From the NCBI RefSeq assembly GCF_009834535.1, contig NC_045697.1, positions 97,342,001-97,406,000 of the forward strand: DNA of 64,000 nucleotides, written 5' to 3'. The notes under the pieces are model-generated. The model ran no database searches. It was given only the letters and a program-made list of their open reading frames with translations, and was not told the DNA's origin. This document shows positions 12,600-26,329 of the stretch, piece after piece; the first letter of the stretch is position 1, and the number at the start of each line of letters is the position of its first letter. The DNA comes from Camelus ferus. Lineage: Eukaryota. Position numbers and translations under genes: made by a program.

Positions 12600-13460
12600 A
12601 AAGCTTTATTTATTTATTTTTTCAGAGCAACTTTAGATTAACAGAAAAATTGAGGAGATTTTCCACATATCCCCTGAACCCACACATGCAGAACCTGACC
12701 CATTCATACCATCCGTCACCAGAATGGTACATCTGTTACCATGATGAGCCTACATTGACACGTCATAATCACCCAAAGTCCAAGACTTACATTAGGGTTT
12801 ATTCTTGATGTTGTATGTTCTATGGATTTGGAAAAATGTATTATGACATATATCCACCATTAGAGTAATATACAGATTATTTTTACTGTCCTAAAAGTTC
12901 TCTGTGCTCCATCTATTCATTCCCCTTCTAGACCTCTGGCAACCACTGATCTTTCTACTGTCTTCATAGATTTGCCTTTGTTATAATGTCATACAGTTGG
13001 AGTATAGTGTATGTGGCCTTTTCAGTGGCTTCTTTCACTTAGTAACATACATTTAAGTTTCCTCCGTGTATTTTCAAAACTTTGACAGTTCATTTCTTTT
13101 TGGCACGGAATAGTATTCCATTGTCTGATTGTATCACAGTTTTCATTCACATACTGAAGGGCATCTTGGTTTCTCCTAAGTTTTGGCAATTAGGAAAAAC
13201 ATCCATAAACATCTGTGTGTAGGTTTCTGTGTGGCCATAAGTTTTGAACTCCTTTGGGTAAATACCAAGGAGCTCAATTGCTGGATCATATAGGAATAGT
13301 ACGTTCAAGTCTGTAAGAAACTCCAAACTGTCTTCCAAAGTGGCTGTGTCATTTTGCATTTTCATCAGCAATGCATGAGAGTTTCTGCTGCCCTGTATCC
13401 TTGCCAGCAGTTGTGGTCAGTATTTCAGATTTTGACCATTCCAATCAGTGTGTAGTGGTC
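12600..13460 (-). mobile_element. LINE-1 3' region (L1MC-like), antisense
   Basis: 'caccagaatggtacatctgttac...gagcctacattgacacgtcataatcacccaaagtcc'. The minus-strand ORF 13147-13371 (YDPAIELLGIYPKE) matches the L1 ORF2 C-terminus. Confidence 0.9.
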
Positions 13461-14673
13461 TTCAAGCCTTTTGTCTGTTTTGTTCATCAGTGTTTCTCAA
13501 ACATCTGGATCAGTATCTGATAGTAAGTGCACAGTAAATATTTGTCAAATTAAGGAGTGATTTACATCCTGCCCCTTCTGCTCAAATGCCATCCAAGAGG
13601 AAAGTGGGGAGAAAAAAAATAGTGAAGGATTAAGTCAGTTGCAGTGATCGGTCCTTTGCAGACTTTTCCTACAACGATACTTTGCTCATTGCCATGTGGC
13701 CTTGTCCTGTATTTGCTAGCCTACACCTTTGGCAATTACAGAACATCTCCAGAGGAGGTTTACAAAATCCATACTGACAGCCTCTGGACATAAGTTTGCA
13801 GAAGAGATACAAATCACAAGGCAGAGACAGGTGAAATATTTTTCTGGTGAGAATTTATGAACCATTCTTAATTCCATTTTTGGATTGTGCATCTCATGTA
13901 ATAAGATTTACTGAAAGTTGTATAGATTATTTGGAACCTAAAACTCTAACACAAAGGTCTTCTTCCAAAGGAAATGTCTGTACTTCTTCTGTCTAGAATA
14001 TTTTGTGGTTAGTGATTTTAAACTACAGAATGTACCTGCTAATAAAACAAGAAATGCACCTGGGGTTTTTTAGAAAGGTTTCCTTCATTTAGATAAAAGC
14101 AGTTTGAAAGGCAGTACAGTTTATAATATCAGCTTCTCCCCCATTTTGGGTGAGGAAGAAAATCTGAATCTCCTCCAGGCTGTCCAAAGGCAGTGAGGAG
14201 GAGAGATGCTACCCTAGAGGCACACACCTGCCCTTATTCCTTCCCTGTCCGCTCTCCTGTGCAGCGAGGGTCAGGGAAAGGAGAAACACCTTCCCCAAAG
14301 GTATTGCTTTGTTCTACAAGTTCCTCTTAAGATCATTGAAGGTGGGGATAAAGACACTAACATCTGATATTTTACCCTTCTCAGTGTATTCACCTTGAGG
14401 GCTTTATGCTCTTAACAATTGCTGAAGTTACCTTTCTTTCCTGTGGTGATGGACCTTTCCTAGTTAATATTCATTTTCTAGCACTTAACTTTGGCTTATA
14501 GGAGCACTCCATGCTCACCTATCCCAGCCTGACCCTTAATACATACAGAGAAGTGTTTTATGTTTAGAAAAAACAATTTCTTTCCTCAATAAACGTTTTC
14601 TATGCTAGTGTCTCTGTAAGCACTTAAAACATTTAACTTAAAACATAGAACAAATGAAATGACCCCTTTATCC

Positions 14674-14748
14674 TTTTTTTTTTTTTAATTGAAGTATAGT
14701 TGATTTACAATGTTGTGTTAGTTTCTGGTGTACAGCATAGTGATTCAG
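14674..14748 (-). mobile_element. Severely 5'-truncated young L1 (~75 bp) with poly(A) and target-site duplication
   Basis: Poly-T then 'aattgaagtatagttgatttacaatgttgtgttagtttctggtgtacagc'. Flanked by aatgaccccttta (14658-14670) and aatgacctcttta (14749-14761). Confidence 0.85.
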
Positions 14749-16859
14749 AATGACCTCTTTACTTCTAATTGTATAAATTTATCCTTCTATTAAAATAGTG
14801 AGTCAGAGGAGCAAAGTTTATTGAGAATGAAAAGGTATTAGCTTCATATCTCAAAAATATGATCCCTATTATATTAATAACAAAGAAAAGACATGAAAAA
14901 AATTGATAAAATCTTGGTGATTATATAAAGAACTATATACATGCAAAAATTTGGAGAAGATTGCTATAAAATGTGGACAGTAGGATAAGTTATCAAGGAG
15001 GAGTACCATAAAATAAATAAATTGAGGAGATAAAATCTGAAAAAGCAAACAAGAATTAGGAGCAACTTGCAGAAGTCATAAAAGGAAATAGAAAACTATT
15101 ACTTTAAAGTGCCAGGGTAGGATGTGTTACTGCAATTTTAAAAGTCAGGAAGTATGTAAATTTTGGTAGCAATTTTTGCAATGCCATCTCCCCATAAAAA
15201 CCTTTTAACAGCTCCACAAGTTGTATAAGCTATCTTATCATAAAAATACAAATTAATGAGAAGTATATAGTATTTTCAGATCGATTATACAGTACCTACC
15301 TGTTCAATTATGTTTTGGTTTAGATTATGTTAAAGGTCCTGTTATTTCTGGTATATAAAATGTATAAACTTGACTATGATTCCAGTTACACAGATGAAGA
15401 ATGAAACCACAATTTGGGCAATAAAGGTTTGTTTTTTTTTTTTTTTTTTTCCAATTGCAATGTGGAACTGTAGATATCCTTCAGTTATTTAAAAAAAAAA
15501 GTGACATTTTTAGTTTGTTTTAGAAACTAAACTGAGTGAGATGAATCTTCAGTGGCCCAAATAGGCTAATTTATTAATTAAAATGCTATGTAACCACATA
15601 GAATCGTTTCTATCATTCACAATTAGAGGCATCCTAATGTATTAAAAAAATGATTACAATCAGTATGGCATCTTATACTTTCATAATATATAAGGCAGCT
15701 TATAAATATAAGATAGCTTTGTTTGATGAATTTAACCTGCAATTAAGGAAGTCAGTATGCTGGCTTTTTTAAAATTCCTACACTGTTTTTTTCTTTTTTA
15801 AAACAACACAAATCTTTAAAATTTTCATATGGTTTGACTTAAATTTTGTATAACAATATTTAGTGCCTAGTCAGTGTTCAGTGTGTCCTTAATCTTTGAT
15901 ATTGCGATGATATGTTATCAAGATACATTGAATTGAAATGGAGACATAAAAACTTTTCAGTAGTTTAGCAAATTATCTGAATTGGTTTGGAACCATTCTG
16001 TGAATTCATGTAGGGTTGCAATTTTGCTTAATCAGGCAATCCATTTTTCACCCATACAACTAAATTTTAAATAGATTCACTATTTTTTGGATTTTTAATG
16101 TGTCAGTAATTCAAACTCGGTCTTGAATATTTTCTGACATTAGTCAGTATCAAAAGGATGAAGCAGAGAAACTAAGCCAGTTTTCACAAATGACACTTCT
16201 TCAGTGACTCCAATAAGAAGGTAACTTTTTCCTTAGTAGTTATCTACCGGTAGATGGTAAATGTGATATATGTGTGACAGGAGAAGTAACAATTTAAATG
16301 ATGAACAAAGTGATAAGTCCCATCTGCTAAATACCAAGAAAGATAGAAATGTTAAATGAATAACCATGTTAATAACATAGAAGAATTTGAAAAAAGCCAA
16401 TTCTCATCATCCTATAAACAAGCATTTAAAAGGAAGACTTGTTAACCAACAGATTCAGTGTCAATTACATTTTTGGAAGATGAGTCCCTTCATGGATGGT
16501 TACCATTTAAGAACATTAAAAAGACGCCAGTGGGGCCAAGGAGTTAAGAAATAATGCATGGAGAAAGGAATCTCCTTGATTTAAGTGGTTTTTGGTTGTT
16601 TCAAACTGAGGAGGGGCAGGGTATCAAAGAAGAGGAAATACAGATTTGATGAGAGGTCAGTTGTTCTGATGGCACTGGACTGTCCAGCTTTCACTGGTGT
16701 ACTATTACCTGTGAAAGAAACAGGAGGGAAAAGTGAAGGTATCACACTAGTAGCCCCTTAACCTGTAGGCATGGAAAGTACGAAGAGGTAGAGGAGGCTG
16801 GAGAAGCAAGGAGTTTGAGACTCAGAATGCTTACTACATGGACAAGATAACACAGGTCT

Positions 16860-18898
16860 TGTGTTTAATACAATATTGCATTTTATTTACTTCACATCAT
16901 TCCAACATTGATTCCTAGCTTTGCTTCCTAAATTACTGTTGGCACTTTAAATGAAGACAGAATGAAGTTATGCAAATCTTTTTCTTAATGATAATATGTA
17001 CGGAAAGGAAGTGAAGTTGAAAAGCAAAATGTATTTAAATGTGGTTAGCCTTCATGTGTGTAATCTATGGAAAAAATAAATTGAAATTTCATTTGTAATT
17101 GCAATCACTTCTACAAAGGGAAATGTGCCTTTTGAAAAGACATAACACATCTATTTGATGTGGTACTCATTTGAGAATTAAACTATCTAAGTTTCAGCCA
17201 TTTTAAGGTTATTTAACTTTCCCAGTACTTCCGTTCCCTACTAGTAAACCAAGGGAGATCACATTTTCACCTCTTGGAAACATTCTAAGGGTACACTTTT
17301 CTTCCTCTGACACAACTTAATGCAAAATGTTCTGAGAAATCATTTTTTTTTAAATTGGAAAAAATGTTCAAGCAGTTACCATTTGATTATTCTTTTTTCT
17401 TTACACTTCAAATGCATATAAGTTCTTTCATTTACTGGGAATATGTTAGACTACTTTCATTCCCATTTCAGGTCTCAGATTCATTCCTTTTTCATTGTGG
17501 TTTTCTCCTTCTCTATCATTCAAATGCCAACAGTGGATTACCCCTCACAAAGGGTATGCTTCATGCCAAGTTTTTGAAGGTATAGGTAGGAACAGGACTC
17601 TGATTTATGGACAGTTTTTAGCTTTACTTTAATTTTCCTTTTATTTTCACTGACAGCAAAATTTTCTGGAGAGTACAATCAAGATAGTGTATTCACAGAA
17701 ATAACATTAATAGAAGCTTGGTCATAAATGAGAACAGTCATAACGATCTCTCTTACCAAGGCATTCCACACAGAGAGATAACAGCACAATAAATAAAGAA
17801 TTTGCCGTTTGTCACACAACAAATAAAACAGAATTGCAGTAACAAAAATGCAATTTTATAAATGTTCTTATACTAAAAACAAAAGCAAAAATATGAGATC
17901 ATGCACTAGAGACAAAAGCTAAAAGTGAATAGTTATAGAAAAAAAAGGTTGCAAAAAATAAAAACATTCAAGTTTTGTGAGAGGAGAGAGGATGATTCAA
18001 ATAGAACAGTTTTAGGGTAAATCAATTATATTTACTACCCTAGGAGGGACACTGACCTAACTCTTTGTCTGTTAATACTTTATGCTGTTAAAATACACAC
18101 TGTTACCCATTTAAAGGACAGATTCCATTTCCTTGGGGCAGGTCTCATATTACAAGGATGGTATAAAATTCATTGTTTATAAATAGATGATAATACTTTA
18201 GGAAAAATGTTCTCAAGAACAGACCACTGTGATGCTCTGGAATAGTAGGAGCCTGGGATTTAGGAAACTGATTCTAGTTCTATTTTTTACATCGTCTTTG
18301 AAAGATACTTCCCAGTCCTGAAATAAAATTTCACCTCATGTTTCAATTTTACCGTTAATAGTTGAACTATCAGAACTAGCAGAGAGCAGTAAAAATAACA
18401 AAAACAACAATAATAAAATAGTTAGATTTTTTTATCAATACTTAATTTTTTAAAAAAAGGTAGAAAAAGAAAGCTGGGTCACTTAATGGAACTAAGACTT
18501 GAATAATGCTTTAGTGGGGTTGTTCCTACAGCATAACAATTTCTTCCCCAACATAACTAATCTAAGCAGTGCCTTTATACTTTGTGGTTGAATATTATAT
18601 CAGATTTGAACAGTGGCTAGTTTCTACATGATTAGGAAAGACATGTTTGTCATGGGAGTAAAAAAATAAAATTTGTCTGTTAAATTACACATAAATATAA
18701 GGTACAAATGTATTTTTAAAATACAGATTAAAATAATCACACTTGCATTGTGTACATACGAAAATACAGTATTTAATATTCAATATACACAGACACATTT
18801 ATGATAAATGCAACTATTTGGCAACGCCAGTTCTTTTCAGGGCTTCCGCTGTCCCCGTTTCCACATACATAGAAACAAACATGCCTTGCTGTAGTCTC
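16860..18898 (-). other. PCDH18: PCDH18 3'UTR (~2 kb; distal end approximate)
   Basis: AT-rich, mostly repeat-free sequence after the stop codon, ending at an AATAAA/ATTAAA pair followed by GT-rich sequence on the minus strand. Confidence 0.7.
16864..16887 (-). terminator. Probable PCDH18 polyadenylation signal(s)
   Basis: Minus-strand AATAAA (16887-16882) and ATTAAA (16869-16864), followed by a GU-rich element (CTGTGTTATCTTGT). Confidence 0.65.
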
Positions 18899-19566
18899 CT
18901 AGCTCTGGCGGACATCCTGAAGCAGTTTGTTAATCTCAGCCACTAGCTCACTGGCATCCATGAGTTCGTGTTTGCCGTCATTGAGGTGGTTGAGCACGTT
19001 GTCGAAATCATCTTCTTCGTAGTTTTCAGGGATCTCCTCCATGGCCGGCAGCCATTTTGCAGAGGGCTGCACACTGGAGTGAGTCCCCAGCGGGGGCCCT
19101 GAGTTGGTGGTGGGATTCTGGAAATGCGTGCTGGCCGCCCAGGCCGCCACCCCCTGCGGGTAACCCACAGCCTTGGTGGGCAGAGGCCCCTTCCTGCGTT
19201 CCAGAGAGTTGGACCGATCCGCCTCGCTGCACTCAGAGTACGTGTCCAGGGAGGCGGGCAAGAGGCGCTGGAACACACTGCTCATTTCCGAGAGCAGAGA
19301 GGAGGTGCTGGTGTCCCCAGAGTCTTCATCGCTTGGGGAGTCCTTCCCAAAAGTGGAAAAACTCTTCTTCTTCTCACCAGAATCTGCAGGCTGGGCGTCA
19401 TCTTCAAGGCTCTGATGCGGATTTTGCTGCTGGGGCTGGGATGGGAATTCTTCCCCCGGTATGAACATGTTACTCCTGTAATCCGAGGAAGGCGAGGGCA
19501 GCGGTGGCATCCAGCACTGGTCGGAGTGTCCCAGGACCCTGCATTCTTCCGTGCACAGCCTCATAG
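18899..19566 (-). CDS. PCDH18: PCDH18 coding exon 4 (668 coding bp including TAG): CM2 motif, WIRS-like motif and C-terminus
   Basis: Acceptor gtgcag|CT at 19567/19566 completes a split Ala codon. Encodes CTEECRVLGHSDQCWMP (CM2) and KSFSTFGK (WIRS-like), ending LLQDVRQS*. Exon total 2487+89+164+668 = 3408 nt = 1135 aa + stop. Confidence 0.97.
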
Positions 19567-22079
19567 CTGCACTCAAGGAACGCAATGAGGATTGGTCATT
19601 AGGTGTAGCGTGACTCAAGATAATAGGAAAATTACAATTTGATTTAAATAGAATAAGACCATTTTAAACTATGACTGTGATACTAACGGATTATTTTACA
19701 CACGAGATGGACTACAATTACGGCTTTGATTTGACTGCTGGTTTTATGGACCTGGTATATGTTTTATTCTTGTCTATCAAATATGACAAGGAGGGTTATG
19801 ACTCATGCACTTCTCAGGAATATCATCTGCTACTCAAGTAATGAGAAAATAGATTGAAAACTTACACATGAGAAAGACTGCAAAAGAGCAAAGGTGTGGG
19901 TGATGAAATATTTGCCAAACATAAACTCTAAACAGTCCCAGAGATGTAAGGTGAAATCTATAACTTTAGAATGCCACCAGATAAGCCTTGAGTAATAATA
20001 CCTTTGAATACCTGCTAGATATTGAGATCTGTCTGACCTACTTTACTTTTACTGGAGGCATTGAGAATATAATAAACTATCAAGTAATTATACTTATCAA
20101 TCTCTCTTAAAATATTCTGGTTTATTTATTGACTTGCTGCTTAAAATAGCAGTGCAAATTACCCTCAACTACCAGGCATGTGCAGTTACACTGTTAAGAA
20201 GTCTTTTACAGGTTTGAGATTCAGAGAGTTGGAAAAGTCATCAAAGGATGAAGAATATGAAAAATCCATTGGTTAGTTCTTCCAGATGTTATGATGACCT
20301 GTTGGAATGTGAGTGGCTACACTCAGAACACCATCAATGATATGAGAAAAGCAGAAAAATGAAGGGGTGGGATCTCTAAATTTGGCAAATATAATAACTA
20401 AACTACATAACAACCAAGAAATGTGAAGATGTAAAATATACTCCACAAAGCATCCATTTCTTTCAGTGACAGTTAGGTCTCTTCAACATCATGATTTTGT
20501 TTGAGAGCAAATGACACAATACAGAAAATGCAAGGTAATTATCTCAGATCTGAATGAAAACTGGATTGATATCAGCCATACCTATATATTCAGAGCGAAT
20601 TCCATCCTTTGAGACTTCAAGATAATTCTGTTCCTATACCTCATGAATCCTGGACCTCAACTCTTAATAGAGAAGGGGACATTGAGAAACAGAAATGAGA
20701 ACAACTGTGAGAGAAGATGTCTGATTGCTAGGAACACTAGAAATATAAATTAGGGAGAATGTTGGACAGTGTGAATGCCAATCCCAAGGAAATCCCTATG
20801 GAGTAAGGGAAAGAGCAATATTGAGAATCCTTATGTAATTTTTCTCTGAAGAAAGGTTAAATTTAAACAAGCAAGAAAAAAAATATTTTAGATGTGCTGG
20901 CTTCATGTGTTATTACTAGTTGGAAATATTTACCAACCATTGTTGTTCATCATTTAAACGTGGACAAAACCAAAGCAAAAGGTGGTGAAAGTAACTGGAA
21001 TATCTTAATAGCAATGAGGTTTATCAGCAGTGAAATAACTATCAAAGTGGTAATGAATTTTTTTCCTAATTCCCTGGGTCTCTGAAAATGGAAAGGAAGC
21101 CTGTCTACACTGTCTTACTCACATCCTGTTAGAAGGAAGGGGAACAGACCTGTTTATACCTCTTCATTTGTTTTCTGGCTTTTAACTCTGTGGGAAGGAC
21201 TTAATTGTTTGATTGGCTTCGTTTTGTTTTAATGTTTAATGACACAGGAGAAAGGGAAAAATCACATAGGCTTCTAAGAATCCTGAGTATAATCAACTTT
21301 CTGGAGAACTGAGTATAATGAAAACAACAATACCATCTGGGTGATTAATATGACAGTTTATATTCAAAAATAAATGTGGTCAGAGGAAGTTTTAGAAAAG
21401 GAATGCTATTTTATAACTTCATAACAAATAAACAAGGCTTTAATTATAAAATGATAAATTAACATACAATTATAAAATTCAAAAAATATGGAAAATTGAT
21501 GAATAAAGACACATGGAGAGAAGGATGGCCAAAATAATACAAGTGGAAGTGTGCTGGAACAGAAGAATTTCTCAATTTCATTAATATTTTCAGCTTTTCC
21601 CCTGAGACTCAACTGTTGGAAAGTGCTCTCAGCATACATGTAAGTTAGTGCCACAGATATTCCATACCATGTCCAATGAATCAGGACTTGTTGGCAAGTG
21701 GTGCAGTGGGGAGCCTTCTTGTCACTCTTTGAAAGCTCTGTCAGGTGGCTGAATTTCTGCTGAGGAGGAAAAGCCTTGGGGAAGTAGACAGCTCTTCCTT
21801 CCCACTGCATGACTGTCAATTTCAGCCCTCTGCTAGATGTTCTAGGTAGGGCAGGAAGCAAGCATCAGATGTAAGAACAAAGATGTATGCTTAACTTCTG
21901 TCAAGCCATTAATCACTGAGTCATCAATCAATTATTTATTAAGAGCCTGCCATATGTAAAGTGCTATGATAGCTCCCTACCCTCAGATGGTTTCAGGTAT
22001 AATTCTGGGTCATGCATAACAAAGGAGGTCATAAATGCCCAGTTAACATGCCAAACTATATGAAGCTGAGGGCATGTCA

Positions 22080-22440
22080 AAAGAAGAAAAAAGGCAAATA
22101 CTCTATGGTATCACTCATATGTGGAATCTAAAAAAATACAGCAAAAGAATGAATATAACAAAAAAAAGCAGACTTAGAGATTAAGAGAACAAACTAGTGG
22201 TTACCAGTGGGGAGAGGGAAGCGGGGAGGGGCATGATAGGGGTAGGGGAGTAAGAAGCAAACTATTAGATATAAAATAAGCTATAAGGATGTGCTGTATA
22301 ACATGGGGAATATAGCCAAAATTTTATAATAACTATAAATGGAGTATAATTGTAAAAAAATTGTAAATCACTCTATTGTACACCTGTGATATTATGTAAT
22401 GCTGTATAGCAACTATACTTCAATAAAAATAAAATTAAAG
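22080..22440 (+). mobile_element. LINE-1 3' end in PCDH18 intron 3 (antisense to the gene)
   Basis: 'tatcactcatatgtggaatctaaaaaaa...gagaacaaactagtggttaccagtggggagaggg...caactatacttcaataaaaataaaa'. Confidence 0.9.
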
Positions 22441-24759
22441 AAATAGAGTAGACATGGAGGCTGAAGTAATTAAAGAGCAACTTAAACCAACTTTGAGAGA
22501 TGAATAGGATTCAGACAAAGTGATTTTTTCAGGTAGAAAGAGGGCATGAGCAAAGGACTGGTGTATTAGGTAGAGAGGAGGCTCTGCCTATTGCAAAAAA
22601 TTCAAAAGGAAAATTGACAGTTAAGCAAAGAGTGGATGTCTCTGACCTTGGAATGCCAAGATAAATAGTTGAATCAAGTGTTGCTGGGCAACAAAAGTCA
22701 ATTCTTGCTTTTGAACCCCCAAAACATAAGGGAAAATATTCTGAAAAAGCTCAAGCTAAATGAAAGAAAGATTTGACAAAGGGAGAAGTGATTGGAGAGT
22801 GAGTATTGGTTTGTGGGCTGGTACAGTACACCAGCCATGGACAAAGGGCCAGAAAGAGGACACCAGCCGTGAGAATGGAAAGGACATGGACTTAAAGAGG
22901 ACTGTTTGAATTAAGTGATCACTGATGACAGAATGAGAAAAAATAGAATGAGCTTAATCAAGAAGGAGTACCACATGAACGTCCTGGCATAGCGAATACT
23001 TCAGGGAAAGGGAGATTTGGCGGCCATCTATGTAGTGTTGTAGTTCAAAGCTGAATTAGTAAGGAAGAAAGTATGTTGACAAACATGAGCCAACAGACAA
23101 AAATGCACAGTGACTTTACTGCTTAGAATGCAGGATCCTTCTGTGGGAATTAATAGAATGAATGACCAGAAATGACCCTGCTGGCCGGCAGAGCTACATA
23201 ACATAATTTATATTTGATCACAGACTAATGCAGAAAAAACAGTTGGAATGAGACACTGAAGTTCTAAAAATATACATGCTTTAGAAAACGGTGCTGGTAT
23301 CTGTTAATGGCTTTCAGATGTGGATTTACATTTTTTTTTCTACTTGGAGTATTTTCTGGGAATATAAGTTCACAAAGCACAAGTTTTACCCCCTAATGTG
23401 CCAGTAGAGGCTGCCAGGATGAAGAATAAACCAGAATATGGTGATGTATCATCAGAGTAAGGGTCATAATTAAGGGATGGTTATCTATGTGTAGATAATG
23501 AGTTATGCACATTTCTATCTATACTAGCCAAACCTAAATAAAGCTTAAGATATTTTACAGATCATTGGTGATTTCCTGGTGCTCTGTGCCTCCAGAATAA
23601 TTTCCACCAAACCCCACGTAGAGGTAGGTGGCTGGTACGGCAGGCGTGTATATACTGGAATACAGTGTATTGTAATACAATACCATGCCCTAGCGAAACA
23701 GCTCTCCCACCGAATACTCAGATTAAGTATGATTGTGTAACTAAAGAACTGTTTTGTAAAGGATTGTCTATATATTAGGTGGTGTTATTAATGATAATTA
23801 AAGGTTGAGCCTGTAACTTTGAACACAAATGTAACTTGGGAGGAGTCTAAAGTCACTCACTAAACAAGACCTACTATTATCTAGACTTCATCATTAGCTA
23901 CCTATTGTTTCTCCAATGTCTTTATTCTTTAACATGTATTTTAATTTAATTATTTTAATTCAAGCATCAGATAACTCTCCTACCACGAACATATCTAGTG
24001 GTGGTAACTTTGAAAATATAGGATAGCGTGAAAGAGGAATCTTGACCTTTAAAAAAAAAATTAGCCCATGATTAGCTATTAAGTTACAGAATTTCAGAAT
24101 TAAAAAGGACTTTAGGCATTATTTAGGCCCAGAAACTGCAAAGTTATCTCAGTAGGGGCAGTTATTCTCCTTTTAACTATGCTGATAAATTAAAATTTCA
24201 ATGAATCAACTTTCTACAATTTAAAAAATAACATATATAATGAAATATTGATATACCCATGATGTTACTTTTCTGTTTTATGAAATAATGTAATTTGGGA
24301 AATTGTATTATTCAAAATTAGGGATCAATATTCAAAATTAAAAGTTCTAGCAATATTATAGGATCATAGAAATTCAGCCACCTTTTTCATTTCATGGCTA
24401 CAAATAAAACTGGTTCTCTTTGAGCAAGTTATCTGAGGCCATATATATTCTACTAGGTTTTCAAGGATTTCTCTTTCAGTTGGTCTAGGGAGTCTATGAA
24501 TTAAAAAAAAAAAAAGACACCGTGGGTGACTGTGTAAGTACTGGCTCTCTACACCAATTATGCCCTTAATTACACTAGAGGTTCTTCACGTACATTCATC
24601 CTGCCAGAAATGCAGTGTCTATTACAGCAATAGCATAATCAAGTAAGCAGCACTTAATAGTTTCACAGACAGTAGTTAGTCTTTAGAATGTAAGAACAAA
24701 TACGTCACTCAACATATTTAAAAAAATAAAAACTGGTTACTTTACTCTAGATAGATTAG

Positions 24760-24900
24760 TGTCTAGGAGTAGAGGGATTGGTTCAAAGCCCACCTCTACC
24801 ACATACAAATTGCTTGATTTTGGACATTTTTTAAAAATCTTTATAAGTTTCAGTTTTCAAATCTAAAAATAAAAAATAAGAACACTATTGTTATTACCAC
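24760..24900 (+). mobile_element. MIR-like SINE relic in intron 3
   Basis: 'ggttcaaagcccacctctaccac...ttggaca...ttcagttttcaaatctaaaaat' core pattern. Confidence 0.55.
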
Positions 24901-26079
24901 CACCACTAATTCCTATGTCAAAGTGTTGGGAGGGGCAGTGCAGATACAGAGCTCCTCCTGGGCTCAGAGTAAGCCCTGGGGCATCGTTGGTAACTAACTA
25001 CTCCTGCGACTGCTGGAACTAATCCTAATACTCCTGCCACCACTATGACTCAGTCTATGAGAGCTAGAGTTTCTATTTACTGATTTCGACTGAATTTCTG
25101 TGGCTTTCTGAATCTCCCTCGTGTCTATTTCCTAAACGCTCTTACTTGTCTGTATTTAGAAAACAGATGTTCAGTGGAACTCAGATAAGTAATATAATTT
25201 TGCTCTGCCTTTCATTTATCATTTCATTTACTCGTTTATCAAGTGGCAGTCATCTGATCAATATTCAGTGGAATCTGGAAACCTAAGTAGCCAAAGGAGC
25301 ATTTATATGTTCCTAAGGACTTGATTTACTATTACAGTCTTTAGTAACTGGGTTGCTAGGAGTGATGCAGTCGGTATTTACCCAGCTGGATCAGAGAATT
25401 TTTGCTGCAGGATTAGAGAGAAGGGACTCTAAGGAAAATGTGGCTCATAACTTAATAGGACTTCCTCCATCTAGCTGTGTCCTTGTAAGTTCCCCTCTTG
25501 GACTCCTGTTCCCCTTCATTACAGTGGAGACATAAAATGAAAGGTGGCAAAAAATATTCCATGCTTAACCACCTACAGAGATGCATTCTTTCTCCTATTT
25601 TTAGTGGTTAAAGTGTACCATTCCCTAGTGTATTTTAATCTCTGATTATGTGAGTTGGTTACCATCGCAGGAAATGTGTCCTCCAAATTATAGTCCAGTT
25701 CACCACTAGGCACCAAAACAGGCTGTCTGAATAAAAACGGCCACCCAGTAATTTTATAGAGTTGCTCAAGAGTGTCGTACAGCAGTAGGGGATGGGGTAG
25801 AGAGAGGAGGGAAGTGGTGTGGTTTCCTATCCTCCTTTCCACACATCTTCCTTGTCCTCTTAAGCTCTCATGCTTACTCCCTTTCTCTACCAGCTGTTTA
25901 CTATGAATTTTAATGAAATCATTTAAAATTGTTTCAGTTTTTGTCCATCACTAAGAGTGTGCATATTACAGATACTTTTGTGCAAAGGAGAAAGAAGACA
26001 TAAAAGCATAGGAGAAACTGCTCTTTTCACTGGTGTAGTTGATCTCAAAATAAAGATTTATCCATCACTACCCTCTTAC

Positions 26080-26243
26080 CTGCTGGAATTCTTCCATCTG
26101 TAAGAAACAGGTCACTGAAGCCTTCGCCCAGCAGCCTATCTATTGGAGAATCTCGCCCCAAATCATAATCACTGTCCCCTGCTTCACTGTCACCACGGCC
26201 ACTGTCTTTCAAGCTAAATTTGTCCATGTCTTGAAGGGCATAT
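26080..26243 (-). CDS. PCDH18: PCDH18 coding exon 3 (164 bp), containing the delta-protocadherin CM1 motif [13 protein letters not shown]
   Basis: Acceptor ttctctttctag|A at 26244/26243 after an 86-bp intron. Donor CAG|GTAAGA at 26080/26079. Translation [25 protein letters not shown]...GRIPA. Confidence 0.96.
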
Positions 26244-26329
26244 CTAGAAAGAGAAATCAGGCAAAGTATAGTTTTTACTCTTCAGGTTGTATGTTATTTG
26301 AGATCTAATAGCACAAGGGTCATTCATAC

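Noticed and set aside
16242..16255. 14-bp perfect palindrome atctaccggtagat (and the 8-bp-arm hairpin gtattgta-a-tacaatac near 23667-23683)
   Set aside because: Short inverted repeats of this size are expected by chance in 64 kb.
18943..19588. Overlapping alternative-frame and antisense ORFs (111, 135, 154, 80 and 68 aa)
   Set aside because: Explained by stop-codon scarcity in a GC-rich coding exon; no recognisable domains.
19567..19618. N-terminal MSHATPNDQSSLRSLS of the 239-aa ORF
   Set aside because: Intronic sequence upstream of the exon 4 acceptor.
21406..21861. 151-aa intronic ORF as a cryptic exon or gene
   Set aside because: Non-ATG start, no domain, and no convincing splice-site pair identified.
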